A stretch of DNA of 48,134 nt from an uncultured Peptococcaceae bacterium (GTDB lineage: Bacteria; Bacillota; Dehalobacteriia; UBA4068; UBA4997), in NCBI GenBank assembly GCA_947647555.1, contig CANSKT010000005.1, forward strand, positions 1 to 48,134. The letters run 5' to 3'. The notes under the pieces are model-generated. The model did not search any database, had not been told where the DNA came from, and saw only the letters and a list, made by a program, of their open reading frames with translations. Made by a program: the position numbers and the translations under genes. Positions 17,168-27,089 of the stretch are shown piece after piece (the stretch's first letter is position 1; each line of letters begins with the position of its first letter).

Positions 17168-17571
17168 CAATTTTTTAAATCTTGACAATTTTTTTTAATC
17201 TTGACAACCAAGAGCCAAAGAGTGCATTGTGTAAATTGGTAATATAAAGTGAACTGTTTTTAATTTGTACGTGCATTTGCCAAGGATTTAAAAGATATTG
17301 ACAACCAAGAGTAAGATAGTGCAAAATGTTTTAAACTTTGTAGGCTAGTAATATAGAATTAAATATTTTTAATTTGTAAGCACATTTGCCAAGGATTTAA
17401 AAGATATTGACAATCAAGAGCCAAAGAGTGCATTGTGTAAGCTGGTAATATAAAGTGAAATGTTTTTTATTTGTAAGCGCGTTTGCCAAGGATTTAAAAA
17501 ATGTAAGCTGGTAATATAAAGTGAAATATTTTTAATTTGTATGCGCATTTGCCAAAGATTTAAAAAATGTA
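17163..17571. repeat. Degenerate AT-rich tandem repeat array (four units of about 66-109 bp, plus three short CTTRACAA repeats)
   Basis: Units start at about 17201, 17298, 17407 and 17502. Shared core TGTAAGCTGGTAATATAAAGTGAAATATTTTTAATTTGTA.GCGCATTTGCCAAGGATTTAAAA. Confidence 0.9.
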
Positions 17572-17607
17572 TACAGTATATTTTGGTGGACGATGCCTGA
17601 AAAATGC

Positions 17608-17636
17608 TTGCAATTTTGTATAAACTGTTGTATAAT
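17608..17636 (+). promoter_or_regulatory. SigA promoter of the liv operon
   Basis: TTGCAA - 17 nt - TATAAT. Confidence 0.75.
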
Positions 17637-17725
17637 ATCCTTAATATACAGCAGACAAATGTCCACTGCCAGAGGACAGTGTTTCGCTGGAAAGACAAAG
17701 CAAATTTTAGGAGGTTGTTATTGCA

Positions 17726-18946
17726 ATGAAAAAGTTATTAGCACTGGTTGCTGTTTTGGCGATGGCTCTGGCTATCTGCACCGCCTGCGGCGACGACAAC
17801 AAGACTGGCGGCAATGCTGACAATCAGCAGGGCAGCGGCAACAAGACCATCACGATTGGTATTTATGAGCCGGCTTCTGGTGAGAACGGCCCCGGCGGCA
17901 AGCAGGAAGTTTTGGGCGTTAAATATGCTCATTCCTTGCAGCCCACGGTGGAAATCAATGGTGAAACTTATGATATCAAACTGCAAGAGGTTGATAATCA
18001 GTCCGATACAACTAAGGCTGTAAGCGCAGCGCAGAATTTGGTTGCGGCTAACGTGTCCGTTGTTTTGGGCAGCTATGGCTCCGGCGTGGCTATTGCTGGC
18101 GGCCCTTACTTTGAACAGGCTCAAATTCCGGCTATCGGTATTTCCTGCACCAATCCGCAGGTAACAGAGGGCAACGATTATTATTTCCGCGTTTGCTTCC
18201 TGGATCCGTTCCAGGGCACTGTTATGGCCAACTTTGCTAAAGATGAAATGAAGGCTGAAACTGCTTTTGTAATCACTCAGCTGGGTGACGACTACTCCGC
18301 AGGTTTGGGTACCTATTTCAAACAGGCTTTTGAGGGCCTGGGCGGCACAGTTCTGGAAGCTCAGTTCCAGACTGGCGAAACTGACTTTAACGCTATTTTG
18401 ACCAATGTTTTGAACTCTGATGCTGACGTTATTTTTGCTCCTTCTTCCATTCAGACTGCTCCGCTGTTAATTCAGCAGGCTCGTCAGATGGGCATCACTA
18501 TGCCGATTTTGGCTGGCGATACCTGGGAGAATGAGTCTATTATCACCAATGCTGGCCAGTATGCAACTGAAGTATATTTGTCCACATTCTTTGATGAAAA
18601 CGATACTTCCAACCCGGCTGCTTCTGAATTTGTAACCGGCTTTAAGGCATGGTTGAACGCTGACCCCCAGAACCTGACCAACAATGGCGGCGGCGATGGC
18701 GTGGCTGCGGTTTCCGCTTTGGCGTTTGATGCTTATAATGTAGCTATTGAGGCTATTAAGTCCGCTAACTCCACCGTTGGCGCTGATATCCGCAACGCTT
18801 TGCCTGGTGTTGATTACACTGGTGTTACCGGTTCCATCACCTTTAATGAAACTGGCGACGCTAACAAAGATATGGCTTATGTTAAGACTATTGACGTTGA
18901 AAACGGCAACTTCAAATTCTTGAAGACACAGTCTGTTGGCGAGTAA
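17726..18946 (+). CDS. livK: Branched-chain amino acid ABC transporter substrate-binding lipoprotein (LivK/LivJ-like)
   Basis: Lipobox-like CTAC, VLGSYGSG, CTNPQVT, YFRVCFLDPFQG, GVTGSITFNETGD; first gene of the liv operon. Confidence 0.9.
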   Translation: MKKLLALVAVLAMALAICTACGDDNKTGGNADNQQGSGNKTITIGIYEPASGENGPGGKQEVLGVKYAHSLQPTVEINGETYDIKLQEVDNQSDTTKAVSAAQNLVAANVSVVLGSYGSGVAIAGGPYFEQAQIPAIGISCTNPQVTEGNDYYFRVCFLDPFQGTVMANFAKDEMKAETAFVITQLGDDYSAGLGTYFKQAFEGLGGTVLEAQFQTGETDFNAILTNVLNSDADVIFAPSSIQTAPLLIQQARQMGITMPILAGDTWENESIITNAGQYATEVYLSTFFDENDTSNPAASEFVTGFKAWLNADPQNLTNNGGGDGVAAVSALAFDAYNVAIEAIKSANSTVGADIRNALPGVDYTGVTGSITFNETGDANKDMAYVKTIDVENGNFKFLKTQSVGE

Positions 18947-18965
18947 TTTGCTTAAAACTTATCAG

Positions 18966-19092
18966 GCTATTAAGCTGTCTGGCGGCTGGCGAGCATTATG
19001 CTCGCCGGCTGTTGGCCGCTTTAATTAGCGCAGAAAAAAGCATTGATTTGCTGCTGAGCGAGTCAAATTCACCAGTAAATCAATGCTCTTTT
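18966..19092 (+). other. Two long intergenic hairpins (mRNA stabiliser or partial terminator)
   Basis: GGCGGCTGGCGAGCAT/ATGCTCGCCGGCTGTT (18981-19013) and AGCATTGATTTGCTG/CAGTAAATCAATGCT (19039-19087) followed by a T run. Confidence 0.7.
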
Positions 19093-19183
19093 ATTCGCTT
19101 TTGACGGTTGTAATATCGGGAATTATTTTTGGTTTTTAATCAGTATATGCTTATAAATTTTTAGGAATGAGGTGTTGCTGCCT

Positions 19184-20068
19184 ATGGATAACCTTTCTTA
19201 TTACATACAGCAGCTGTTAACCGGCGTTTCGGTTGGCGGTCAATATGCACTGATTGCGATTGGTTACACAATGGTTTACGGTATTTTGCGGCTGATTAAC
19301 TTTGCCCACGGTGATATTTTTATGGCCGCCGGCTTTTTTATGGTCTATGCTTCGGCCAGTCTGCCGTTGTATATCTCCATACCGTTGGTGTTGCTGCTTA
19401 CGGTTATTTTGGGTGTTTCTGTGGAACGTATTGCGTATAAGCCTTTGCGTCAGGCGCCGCGTATGTCGATTATGATTTCAGCGATTGGTGTTTCTTATCT
19501 GCTGCAAAATTTTGCCACATATTATACTGGCGGTTTGCCTCGCAGCTATCCCACCATTCCCTTTATCAGTGAGATTATTACGATTGGGACGGTTACTACC
19601 TCCTGGATCACACTGCTGACGCCGGTTTTGACATTGGCGCTGGTGATTGGTCTGGTGGCTTTGATTAAATATACCAAAATGGGTATGGCCATGCGTGCGG
19701 TTTCCAAAGATTTTGAAACTGCCCAGCTGATGGGTATTAAGATTAACAATATTATTAGTATTACTTTTATTATTGGTTCTTTTTTGGCTGGTGTTGGTTC
19801 CATTCTGTTCTTTACCAAATATCCCACGGTTTTGCCGACTATTGGCGCGATGCCTGGCTTAAAAGCCTTTGTGGCGGCGGTTTTCGGCGGCATCGGTTCT
19901 ATTCCCGGTGCGGTTGTGGGCGCGTTTGTTATCGGTATTTGTGAGAACATCATTAAGGCCATGGGGTATACCACATTCAGCGACGCCTTTACATTTGTGC
20001 TGCTGATTTTGGTATTGATTGTCAGACCCTCTGGTCTGTTTGGCGAAAAATCGACAGAGAAGGTGTGA
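19184..20068 (+). CDS. livH: BCAA ABC transporter permease
   Basis: YALIAIGYTMVYGILRLINFAHG, GMAMRAVS, GLKAFVAAVFGGIGSIPGA; ATG 19184 after GAGGTG. Confidence 0.94.
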   Translation: MDNLSYYIQQLLTGVSVGGQYALIAIGYTMVYGILRLINFAHGDIFMAAGFFMVYASASLPLYISIPLVLLLTVILGVSVERIAYKPLRQAPRMSIMISAIGVSYLLQNFATYYTGGLPRSYPTIPFISEIITIGTVTTSWITLLTPVLTLALVIGLVALIKYTKMGMAMRAVSKDFETAQLMGIKINNIISITFIIGSFLAGVGSILFFTKYPTVLPTIGAMPGLKAFVAAVFGGIGSIPGAVVGAFVIGICENIIKAMGYTTFSDAFTFVLLILVLIVRPSGLFGEKSTEKV

Positions 20069-20072
20069 GCAT

Positions 20073-21221
20073 ATGGCTAAAGATAATGAAAAAATCATAC
20101 AGCAGAATATGCTGAAGCCAGATGGCTTAAACCCGAAAGTTAAATATTCGATTGCCGCTGTGTTGTTGGCTTTGCTGCTGTTGGGCATCTGGTGGCTGGA
20201 GCAGATTTTGCCGCCGAGTTCAATTATATTTACGGTTCTGAAAAAAGGCGCTATTTATTCACTGATTGCCGTATCGCTTAATCTGCTGAACGGCTTTACA
20301 GGTTTGTTCTCATTGGGTCAGGCCGGTTTCATGCTGATTGGCGCTTATACCTATGCGGTTCTGACTATTCCGCCGGAATCCCGGGCGGCTGTTTACATGT
20401 ATTATGACGGCGGTATCATTGATTTCGCTCTGCCGGTGCCGGTGGCGATGCTGCTGGCCGGTTGTCTGGCCGGTCTTTGCGGCTTCCTGATTGGCTTGCC
20501 GGTATTGCGCTTGAAAAGCGACTATCTGGCGATTGCCACGCTGGGCTTTGCGGAAATTATCCGCGCCATTGTGCAGTATGATAAGCTGGGCCCGATTACC
20601 AACGCTTCAAACCTGCTGCGTTCTTTCCCTGTGTTCCGTTCCACACTGTTCCCGTTCATTGTGGCCGGCTTGTGTATTGCGGTAATTTGTTTGCTGATTA
20701 ATTCTTCTTATGGTCGCGCTTTCAAGGCTATTCGTGATGATGAAATTGCGGCCGAGGCTATGGGTATCAATTTGTTTGCGCATAAGGAAATGGCGCTGGT
20801 TACTTCCGCCTTTTTCGCCGGTATCGGCGGCGCGTTGCTGGCCATGTTCCAGATGATGGTGCAGGCCAGGGCTTTTACCTCGGCTATGACCTATGAAATT
20901 CTGCTGATTGTGGTAATTGGCGGTATTGGTTCGATTACCGGTTCGATTATCGCTTCTTTCCTGTTTATTGCCTGCTCAGAGTGGTGGCTGCGTTTCCTGG
21001 ACGAAGTTCAGATTATCAATGGTTTCCAGCTGCCGTTCATGCGCTCCGGTTTCCGTATGGTAGTTTTCTCTATTATTATCATGTTTGTGGTACTTTTCTA
21101 TCGCAAGGGTATTATGGGTACCAAAGAATTTTCCATAGACGGTATTTACAAATTCTTCCGCCGGCTCTTTACGGGCGAGGGCAAAAAACCTAAGGAGCAG
21201 AAAGGGGGCGGCGCGGCATGA
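20073..21221 (+). CDS. livM: BCAA ABC transporter permease
   Basis: SLNLLNGFTGLFSLGQAGF, LRLKSDYLAIATLGFAEI, AIRDDEIAAEAMGI. Confidence 0.94.
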   Translation: MAKDNEKIIQQNMLKPDGLNPKVKYSIAAVLLALLLLGIWWLEQILPPSSIIFTVLKKGAIYSLIAVSLNLLNGFTGLFSLGQAGFMLIGAYTYAVLTIPPESRAAVYMYYDGGIIDFALPVPVAMLLAGCLAGLCGFLIGLPVLRLKSDYLAIATLGFAEIIRAIVQYDKLGPITNASNLLRSFPVFRSTLFPFIVAGLCIAVICLLINSSYGRAFKAIRDDEIAAEAMGINLFAHKEMALVTSAFFAGIGGALLAMFQMMVQARAFTSAMTYEILLIVVIGGIGSITGSIIASFLFIACSEWWLRFLDEVQIINGFQLPFMRSGFRMVVFSIIIMFVVLFYRKGIMGTKEFSIDGIYKFFRRLFTGEGKKPKEQKGGGAA

Positions 21222-22066
21222 GTGAGAACATATTGCATGTGGAAAATATAACCATGCAGTTCGGCGGCGTGGTGGCGGTCAACAATCTTTCGCTTGATGT
21301 AAATCGCGGCGAGATTGTGGCGCTGATTGGCCCGAACGGCGCCGGCAAGACCACGGCTTTTAATGTGATTACTGGTGTTTATGAGCCGACTAACGGCCGC
21401 GTGGATTTCTGCGGCGAAAATATGATTCAGAATTATCCCAAGGGCAAAATGGCGAAAAGCTATAAGGGAGAAAATCTGGGGCTTTATAAAAATAGTATTT
21501 CTAAAACGCCTGACCAGATTACCAAGCTGGGTATCGCCAGGACGTTTCAGAATATTCGCCTGTTTTCCGGGCTGACAGTTTTTGAAAATGTACTGATTGC
21601 CAAACATATGCGCGCCCGACAGAACATTTTTAGCGCAACTTTTCGTCTGAATTATAAAGAGGAGCAGCGCATGCGGCGCGAGGCCATGGAACTTCTGGAA
21701 ATTCAGGATATGGGTCATTTGAAAGATGACATTGCCGGTTCTCTGCCTTATGGTATTCAGCGTCGTCTGGAAATTGCGCGCGCGCTGGCCACGGAACCGC
21801 AGCTGTTGCTGTTGGACGAACCGGCGGCCGGTATGAACCCACAGGAAACGCAGGAACTGACTGATTTTATTCTGGAGATTAAGAATAACTATAATCTTTC
21901 CGTTTTTATGATTGAACACCATATGGATTTGGTTATGCAGATTTCCAATCGCATTTATGTGTTGGATTTTGGCAGCCTGATTGCGCAGGGTCTGCCGGAG
22001 GAAATCAGCAATAATCCCAGAGTTATTGAAGCTTATTTGGGGGTGAGCGACGATGCTGAAAATTGA
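21218..22066 (+). CDS. livG: BCAA ABC transporter ATP-binding protein
   Basis: GPNGAGKTT, IARTFQNIRLF, LPYGIQRRLEIARAL, LDEPAAGMNP, VIEAYLG. Confidence 0.95.
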   Translation: MSENILHVENITMQFGGVVAVNNLSLDVNRGEIVALIGPNGAGKTTAFNVITGVYEPTNGRVDFCGENMIQNYPKGKMAKSYKGENLGLYKNSISKTPDQITKLGIARTFQNIRLFSGLTVFENVLIAKHMRARQNIFSATFRLNYKEEQRMRREAMELLEIQDMGHLKDDIAGSLPYGIQRRLEIARALATEPQLLLLDEPAAGMNPQETQELTDFILEIKNNYNLSVFMIEHHMDLVMQISNRIYVLDFGSLIAQGLPEEISNNPRVIEAYLGVSDDAEN

Positions 22067-22751
22067 ACACCTTTCCGTTAATTATGGTGGTATTGAGGCG
22101 GTGCGCGATATCTCCTTTGAGGTGCCGGAGGGGGCGATTATTACCCTGATTGGCGCGAACGGCGCCGGTAAATCAACCACTTTGCGCTCGATTGCCGGTT
22201 TGCTTAAACCAAAAAGCGGTTCTATCACCTATAACGGCGAGGAACTGATTGGCAAGCCAACCGACCAGATTGTGGGCCGCGGTATAACGCTGGTGCCGGA
22301 GGGGCGGCATGTTTTTCCGGATATGACCGTTTTGGAAAACCTGAAAATTGGCGCTTATCTGCGCAAGGATAATCTGACTGAGGATATTAAATGGGTTTAT
22401 GAACTGTTTCCCCGTCTGGAGGAACGCTCCTGGCAGGCGGCCGGTACGCTTTCCGGCGGCGAACAGCAAATGTTGGCGGTGGGCCGGGCTTTGATGAGCA
22501 AACCCAAGGTGATTATGATGGACGAACCGTCGCTGGGTCTGGCTCCGATTATCGTGCAGGGTATTTTTGATATTATTAAGGAAATTAATCGCCAGGGCGT
22601 TACGGTTCTGTTGATTGAACAGAACGCCAACATGGCGCTGCATATTGCGGATATTGGCTATGTTTTGGAAACCGGGCGCATTACCATGAGCGGCCCGGGC
22701 AAGGAACTGCTGCAAAATGATGATGTGAAAAAAGCCTATTTGGGCAAATAA
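22053..22751 (+). CDS. livF: BCAA ABC transporter ATP-binding protein
   Basis: GANGAGKST, VPEGRHVF, LSGGEQQMLA, DEPSLGLAP, EQNA, AYLG. Confidence 0.95.
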   Translation: MLKIEHLSVNYGGIEAVRDISFEVPEGAIITLIGANGAGKSTTLRSIAGLLKPKSGSITYNGEELIGKPTDQIVGRGITLVPEGRHVFPDMTVLENLKIGAYLRKDNLTEDIKWVYELFPRLEERSWQAAGTLSGGEQQMLAVGRALMSKPKVIMMDEPSLGLAPIIVQGIFDIIKEINRQGVTVLLIEQNANMALHIADIGYVLETGRITMSGPGKELLQNDDVKKAYLGK

Positions 22752-22782
22752 TAAGGCGGCGCGCGGTTGTCGCACCGATAAA

Positions 22783-22815
22783 AATAAGACACTTTCTATG
22801 CGAGAGTGCCTTATT
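22783..22815. terminator. Terminator between livF and the convergent gene
   Basis: AATAAGACACTTTC ... GAGAGTGCCTTATT imperfect stem. Confidence 0.6.
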
Positions 22816-23221
22816 CTTTTATTTCTGTTTCCGGTGGCGCGGTGGCCTGTGTGTTTTGTGGGCTTTGCGCGTTCTGTGCACTCTGCGCGGCCTGCCAAAA
22901 GCGAATAAACTGGGGGCAATCCCACTGATTGAAAGGGGTCAGGGTGTTGATAACGCTTAAATTGCGTTGGGTCTGCTCCCAGACGCAGCTATAAAACAGA
23001 GCCGGGCAATATTCATCTTCCCAGGCGGCCAGCAGGTTATCTATCGCCCGGCCGACATGTTCGGCGCGCCGCCAGGCCAGACGTTTCTGCGCTTCTGAAG
23101 CCAGTTCGGCCTGTTCCAGGCGCTGCGCTGAATTTATTAAAATATCATAACTCTCGCTCATAACCTTTAGGCTATGCAGCGCCATTTCGCTCATTGGGCA
23201 TTTGGGCATATTTTTCATCAC
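22811..23221 (-). CDS. Hypothetical protein (136 aa)
   Basis: Fills the gap between livF and fhs without overlap; helical-looking sequence with a low-complexity AQ tail; no motif recognised. Confidence 0.6.
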   Translation of the reverse strand: MMKNMPKCPMSEMALHSLKVMSESYDILINSAQRLEQAELASEAQKRLAWRRAEHVGRAIDNLLAAWEDEYCPALFYSCVWEQTQRNLSVINTLTPFNQWDCPQFIRFWQAAQSAQNAQSPQNTQATAPPETEIKE

Positions 23222-23373
23222 TTCTTTAATTTTGGCTTATGTTAAGGCGATTTTCCGCTTCAGATTGCAATATTATGATAATTCTGTAAATAAACATTGT
23301 AAAAATTGCCAGCTTCTGTTATAATAATAAAAATATCAACCTATATTATTCATATTAGAAAGGCGGAAAAAAT

Positions 23374-25131
23374 ATGTTAGACCCCAGAGAATATGCTGAT
23401 TGGCAGATTGCGGCCGAGGCGGAAAAAAATATGCCGAGGCCTTATGATTGGGCGGAGCGCTTGGGCCTGCTGCCGGAGGAGATTATTCCTTATGGCAAAG
23501 TGGCCAAGCTGGATTTTTTGAAGATTATGAAGCGGCTGGCCGATAAACCGGACGGCAAGTTTATTGAGGTTACGGCGATTACGCCGACTCCACTAGGCGA
23601 GGGCAAAAGCACAACCTCAATCGGTTTGATTGAGGGCTTGGGCAAGCTGGGTAAGCTGGCCGGCGGTTGTCTGCGTCAGCCGAGCGGTGGGCCGACCATG
23701 AACATTAAGGGTACGGCGGCTGGCGGCGGCAATGCCCTGCTTATTCCCATGACCGAGTTTTCTTTGGGGCTGACTGGCGATATTAATGATATTGCGAATG
23801 CCCATAATTTGGGTATGGTGGCGCTGAACGCCAGAATGCAGCATGAATATAATTATGACGATGCTACGTTGGCAAAGCGTGGGCTGAAGCGTTTGGATAT
23901 TGACGTGAACCGGGTGCAGTTTAACTGGGTTATCGACTTTGCGGCGCAGTGCCTGCGTAATATTGTGATTGGTATTGGTGGCAAGATGGACGGTTTTACC
24001 ATGAGCAGCCGTTTTGCGATTACCGTTTCTTCCGAGTTGATGGCGATTTTGGCCGTGGCCAGAGATTTGGCGGACTTGCGCGAGCGTATCGGCAACATTA
24101 TTTTGGCTTATGATAAGCAGGGACGGCCGGTTACCACCAAAATGTTGGAGGTTGACGGCGCGATGACCGCCTGGATGCGCAACACAATCAACCCGACCTT
24201 GTGCTGCACTAATGAGTATCAGCCTTGTCTGGTGCATGCCGGCCCGTTTGCCAATATTGCTATCGGTCAAAGTTCCATTATTGGCGACCGTCTGGCGCTG
24301 AAAATGTTTGATTATCATGTGACCGAGTCTGGTTTTGCTGCGGATATTGGTTTTGAGAAGTTCTGGAATGTGAAATGCCGTTTGAGCGGCCTGAAACCTA
24401 ATGTTTCCGTGCTGGTGGCAACTATCCGCAGTCTGAAAATGCATGGCGGCGGCCCGGCGGTTAAGCCCGGCGTACCGCTGGATACAGCCTATACCAGCCA
24501 GAATTGTGAGTTGGTGGAAAGTGGATTGGCTAATCTGCTGCATCATATTAAGACGGTGCAGAAATCGGGGATTAAGCCGGTGGTCTGCCTGAACTCTTTC
24601 CATACCGATACGCCGGAGGAAGTGGCTATCGTGCGCAGAGCCGTGGAAGCGGCCGGAGCACGTTTTGCCGTATCCGAGCATTGGTTGAAAGGCGGCGAGG
24701 GCGCTGTGGAACTGGCTCAGGCTGTGGTTGAGGCCTGTGAGGAGCCGGTTAATTTGCAGTATCTCTATCCGCTGGAAATGCCGTTGCGTCAGCGCGTGGA
24801 TTTGATTGCGCGTGAGGTTTACGGCGCGGACGGCGTGGACTGGACGCCGGAGGCAGAGGCCAAGGCGATTGCCTTTGAGCAGGACCCGGCATATAATGAT
24901 TTTGCAACAATGATGGTAAAAACGCATTTGAGTTTGAGTCATAACCCGACCTGGAAAGGCGTGCCGAAAGGCTGGCGTTTGCCGGTACGTGATGTTTTGG
25001 TTTATGGCGGCGCCCGTTTCCTCTGCCCGATGGCCGGCGATATTAGCCTGATGCCGGGTATGGGCAGCGACCCGGCTTATCGGCGTGTTGATGTGGATAC
25101 GGATACCGGTGAGGTTAAAGGTCTGTTTTAA
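23374..25131 (+). CDS. fhs: Formate-tetrahydrofolate ligase
   Basis: [61 protein letters not shown]. Confidence 0.97.
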   Translation: MLDPREYADWQIAAEAEKNMPRPYDWAERLGLLPEEIIPYGKVAKLDFLKIMKRLADKPDGKFIEVTAITPTPLGEGKSTTSIGLIEGLGKLGKLAGGCLRQPSGGPTMNIKGTAAGGGNALLIPMTEFSLGLTGDINDIANAHNLGMVALNARMQHEYNYDDATLAKRGLKRLDIDVNRVQFNWVIDFAAQCLRNIVIGIGGKMDGFTMSSRFAITVSSELMAILAVARDLADLRERIGNIILAYDKQGRPVTTKMLEVDGAMTAWMRNTINPTLCCTNEYQPCLVHAGPFANIAIGQSSIIGDRLALKMFDYHVTESGFAADIGFEKFWNVKCRLSGLKPNVSVLVATIRSLKMHGGGPAVKPGVPLDTAYTSQNCELVESGLANLLHHIKTVQKSGIKPVVCLNSFHTDTPEEVAIVRRAVEAAGARFAVSEHWLKGGEGAVELAQAVVEACEEPVNLQYLYPLEMPLRQRVDLIAREVYGADGVDWTPEAEAKAIAFEQDPAYNDFATMMVKTHLSLSHNPTWKGVPKGWRLPVRDVLVYGGARFLCPMAGDISLMPGMGSDPAYRRVDVDTDTGEVKGLF

Positions 25132-25173
25132 CAAACAGCCGCTTTGGTTTGAATAAAATTAGGAGATAGTAAC

Positions 25174-25821
25174 ATGGATATTTTGGATTATAATACAATA
25201 AGTATGCCGGAGTTTGCGGCCAGGCTGGCCAGTTCCAGCCCTGTGCCGGGCGGCGGCGGTGCGGCGGCTTATTCCGGTTGTCTGGGTGTTTCATTGATTG
25301 CTATGGTGGCTAATCTGACGCTGGGTAAAAAGAAATACGCCGACGTTGAGCAGGAAGTACAGCAAATTCTGGCGCGTGCAGATGAATTGCGCACCACTTT
25401 GTTTGAGGGTGTGCCAAAGGATAGCGCTGCTTTCCTGCATGTGTCGGTGGCATATAAAATGCCGGAGGGCACGCCGGAGGAGCAGGCGGCCAAGAGCGCG
25501 GAGTTGTCCTTGCGCAGTAAAGCGGCGGCTGATTTGCCTATGGAGTTGGCGCGTTGCTGTCATGAGGGTTTGCAGCTGGCTGTGCGTATGGCGGAGATTG
25601 GCAGTCTGCTGGCTGTTTCTGACGTGGTTTGCGGCGCCGGGCTGCTGCTGGCGGCGCTTAAGGGTCTGTTGATGATGGTTAGCGTCAATCTGCCGTTGGT
25701 GGATAACGAGCAATATGTTCAGGCGATGCAGCAGGAATACAGCCGGTTGCTGGTGACTGGTACCGAGTTGGAGGCGCGAGTTAACGCTGTGGTGGACGCG
25801 CGCGCCGCCCAGGTACTGTAA
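25174..25821 (+). CDS. fchA: Cyclodeaminase/cyclohydrolase family protein (FTCD_C; FchA-like methenyl-THF cyclohydrolase)
   Basis: LASSSPVPGGGGAAA, MVANLTLGKKKY, D..AF...AYKMP, AVSD, VNL; directly after fhs. Confidence 0.88.
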   Translation: MDILDYNTISMPEFAARLASSSPVPGGGGAAAYSGCLGVSLIAMVANLTLGKKKYADVEQEVQQILARADELRTTLFEGVPKDSAAFLHVSVAYKMPEGTPEEQAAKSAELSLRSKAAADLPMELARCCHEGLQLAVRMAEIGSLLAVSDVVCGAGLLLAALKGLLMMVSVNLPLVDNEQYVQAMQQEYSRLLVTGTELEARVNAVVDARAAQVL

Positions 25822-25857
25822 GATATTTTAATTGAAAAAGGAGATTGCATTAATAAT

Positions 25858-26955
25858 ATGAAGCTGGGAATTGTCGGGTTGCCGAATGTGGGCAAAAGCA
25901 CCCTGTTTAATGCCATTACTAATGCTGGTGCGGAGTCTGCTAACTACCCTTTTTGTACGATAGAGCCGAATGTAGGCATGGTGGCTGTGCCCGATGAACG
26001 CTTGCAGGTTCTGACAGAGCTGCATAAATCGGCCAAAACGGTGCCGGCCTTTATTGAGTTTGTGGATATCGCCGGTTTGGTGCGTGGCGCCAGCCGCGGC
26101 GAGGGACTTGGTAATAAGTTTTTATCGCATATTCGTGAGGTTGATGCGATTGTGCATGTGGTTCGTTGTTTTGATAGTGAAACCATTGTGCATGTGGAGG
26201 GCAGCGTCGATCCATTGCGTGATATGGAAACTATTAATTTGGAATTAATACTGGCGGATTTGGAAACGGTGGAAAAACGCTGGGAAAAGGCTTCTCGTCT
26301 GGTGCTGAAAGGCGATAAATCCGCGGCGGCTGAAGCGACTTTGCTGGGCGAGTTGAAAAAGCTGCTGGAAGATGGCCGGTCGGCCAGAGCCTATGAGTTT
26401 TCTGCTGATGAGCGCGAGTTGCTGCGTGATATCAGCCTGCTGACGCTGAAGCCGGTGGTCTATGCGGCCAATATGGACGAAGCGGCTTTTGCCAATTATG
26501 AAACGGCCAATCCTTATTATCAGCAGCTGGCGGAGGCGGCAGCCAAAGAGGGCGCGGCGGTTTTGCCGATTTGTGCGGAGTTGGAGCAGGAAATTGCCGA
26601 ACTACCGCCGGAGGAGCAGGAAATTTTTCTGGCGGAAATCGGCCTGACAGAAAGCGGTTTGAGCCGTTTAATCCGCGTCAGCTATGACCTTTTGGGGCTG
26701 ATTAGCTTTTTGACAACCGGCGCCGACGAAACCAGGGCTTGGACGATAACGCGTGGCACTAAAGCGCCGCAGGCAGCCGGCAAAATCCATTCTGATTTTG
26801 AACGCGGCTTTATCCGAGCGGAAACGGTGGCCTATAAGGATTTAATGGCCTGCGGTTCCATGGCGAAGGCTCGGGAAAACGGTCTGCTGCGCAGTGAGGG
26901 CAAGGAATATGTGGTGCAGGACGGCGACATTATTCTGTTCCGCTTTAATGTTTGA
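25858..26955 (+). CDS. ychF: Ribosome-binding ATPase YchF
   Basis: [75 protein letters not shown]. Confidence 0.98.
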   Translation: MKLGIVGLPNVGKSTLFNAITNAGAESANYPFCTIEPNVGMVAVPDERLQVLTELHKSAKTVPAFIEFVDIAGLVRGASRGEGLGNKFLSHIREVDAIVHVVRCFDSETIVHVEGSVDPLRDMETINLELILADLETVEKRWEKASRLVLKGDKSAAAEATLLGELKKLLEDGRSARAYEFSADERELLRDISLLTLKPVVYAANMDEAAFANYETANPYYQQLAEAAAKEGAAVLPICAELEQEIAELPPEEQEIFLAEIGLTESGLSRLIRVSYDLLGLISFLTTGADETRAWTITRGTKAPQAAGKIHSDFERGFIRAETVAYKDLMACGSMAKARENGLLRSEGKEYVVQDGDIILFRFNV

Positions 26956-27039
26956 GAAAATACTTGCAATATCTTAAACATTATATTATAATATATGAAG
27001 AACTAGGAGAGATTACCTGCGCAAAAATCGGGTAAATAG

Positions 27040-27077
27040 AAAAGGAACTGCCAAATAAAATGGCAGTTCCTTTTTTT
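27040..27077. terminator. Bidirectional terminator between ychF and sua5
   Basis: AAAAGGAACTGCCA ... TGGCAGTTCCTTTT(TTT). Confidence 0.9.
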
Positions 27078-27089
27078 GTTTGTGAATTA

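Noticed and set aside
17201-17571. Possible CRISPR array
   Set aside because: Repeat core is about 66 bp and degenerate, the segments between cores are homologous or absent, and there are no cas genes in the window.
17414-17698. 94-aa ORF with an internal repeat
   Set aside because: By-product of the AT-rich DNA repeat; overlaps the liv promoter and leader and has no convincing SD.
23222-23373. THF/ZTP riboswitch before fhs (also purine before purA, lysine before dapL, glycine before the AGCS gene)
   Set aside because: These leaders are short and AT-rich and show none of the conserved aptamer elements.
23617-25134. 505-aa antisense ORF
   Set aside because: Shadow frame of fhs with no recognisable motifs; the same applies to the many other antisense ORFs over housekeeping genes.
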